51,718 nucleotides of DNA from assembly GCA_030770535.1 (NCBI GenBank), contig JASVEC010000019.1, forward strand, positions 930,001 through 981,718, given 5' to 3'. This DNA is from Batkoa obscura (lineage: Eukaryota). Position 1 is the stretch's first letter. Every line of letters begins with the position of its first letter. Made by a program: the position numbers and the translations under genes. Below the pieces are notes generated by a model that worked only from the letters and a program-made list of their open reading frames with translations, was not told the origin of the DNA and ran no database searches. Of the stretch, positions 50,515-51,718 are shown piece by piece.

Positions 50515-50978
50515 TGTGAAATCTGGTACTCAGGGTTTGGAATCAAGAACAGCTATTGCTGGGTTAACTACACTATAAGTCGAAAGGTCTTAGTTTATGT
50601 GACTAAGATAGACTTGGATTATGAGGAATAGCACGTAATAGGTTACAAGCTATATAAGACAAATAGAATAGACAATGCTAATGTAGAATCTATGTAAAAT
50701 ACTATTAAGAAAACTTAGTGGGTTTATTAAATGTTCGAGATATCAGGGATTAATTCAGTCAAAAAGCCTCGAACTGTTATACTCTAAAATCTCTTTTATA
50801 CTCTGAAAAGTATAAATATCAAAATCAGAAGATAATATTCTTTGGGATGGAGCTAGAAATTCTCATAGCAAATCAAACTAAGAGCATGGGACTAATTGTC
50901 TCTATAGTAGAGAACACGACGGCTTAGGCGATTATTATGATATAATTAACCATGGGGCTGACAAAGCAATATTTCACA
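50515..50978 (-). mobile_element. Solo LTR (464 bp) abutting the telomere
   Basis: Full-length diverged reverse complement of 13242-13704; TGTGAAAT...ATTTCACA; flanks AATAC and AGGGT do not form a TSD. Confidence 0.9.
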
Positions 50979-51718
50979 AGGGTTAGGGTTAGGGTTAGGG
51001 TTAGGGTTAGGGTTAGGGTTAGGGTTAGGGTTAGGGTTAGGGTTAGGGTTAGGGTTAGGGTTAGGGTTAGGGTTAGGGTTAGGGTTAGGGTTAGGGTTAG
51101 GGTTAGGGTTAGGGTTAGGGTTAGGGTTAGGGTTAGGGTTAGGGTTAGGGTTAGGGTTAGGGTTAGGGTTAGGGTTAGGGTTAGGGTTAGGGTTAGGGTT
51201 AGGGTTAGGGTTAGGGTTAGGGTTAGGGTTAGGGTTAGGGTTAGGGTTAGGGTTAGGGTTAGGGTTAGGGTTAGGGTTAGGGTTAGGGTTAGGGTTAGGG
51301 TTAGGGTTAGGGTTAGGGTTAGGGTTAGGGTTAGGGTTAGGGTTAGGGTTAGGGTTAGGGTTAGGGTTAGGGTTAGGGTTAGGGTTAGGGTTAGGGTTAG
51401 GGTTAGGGTTAGGGTTAGGGTTAGGGTTAGGGTTAGGGTTAGGGTTAGGGTTAGGGTTAGGGTTAGGGTTAGGGTTAGGGTTAGGGTTAGGGTTAGGGTT
51501 AGGGTTAGGGTTAGGGTTAGGGTTAGGGTTAGGGTTAGGGTTAGGGTTAGGGTTAGGGTTAGGGTTAGGGTTAGGGTTAGGGTTAGGGTTAGGGTTAGGG
51601 TTAGGGTTAGGGTTAGGGTTAGGGTTAGGGTTAGGGTTAGGGTTAGGGTTAGGGTTAGGGTTAGGGTTAGGGTTAGGGTTAGGGTTAGGGTTAGGGTTAG
51701 GGTTAGGGTTAGGGTTAG
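50979..51718 (+). repeat. Telomere (TTAGGG)n, about 123 units
   Basis: Uninterrupted TTAGGG array to the end of the sequence, G-rich strand running 5'->3' outward. Confidence 0.99.

Overview
Right end of a very AT-rich fungal chromosome with short (about 45-55 nt) GT-AG introns. The style suggests an early-diverging fungus such as Entomophthoromycotina/Conidiobolus-like, which is inference only. It ends in about 740 bp of (TTAGGG)n. Bases 1-21 kb are gene-poor and rich in mobile DNA: a decayed 2.66-kb DDD-type (Sola-like) DNA transposon at 14053-16709, a near-identical inverted 1217-bp derivative of it at 6593-7809, a solo LTR with a 5-bp TSD at 13242-13704, two orphan secreted proteins and a truncated kinase-like gene. 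About 30 copies of a ~97-bp MITE with GGGG...CCCC ends and 4-bp TSDs are spread across the window. Bases 21-36 kb hold three amino-acid transporters, two secreted M28 aminopeptidases and a Fic1/Inn1-like C2 protein. Bases 39-49 kb are dense housekeeping genes (Ydj1-like DnaJ, ATG5, NDUFA11-like, ECM3/PIN-like carrier, TRL1, ALG13, small C2 protein). The two most striking observations: a second, complete copy of the LTR is joined base-precisely to the telomere array with no conventional subtelomere, and a new composite transposon appears to have formed from one MITE end plus one end of the dead parent element. All calls are by-eye motif recognition; no searches were run.
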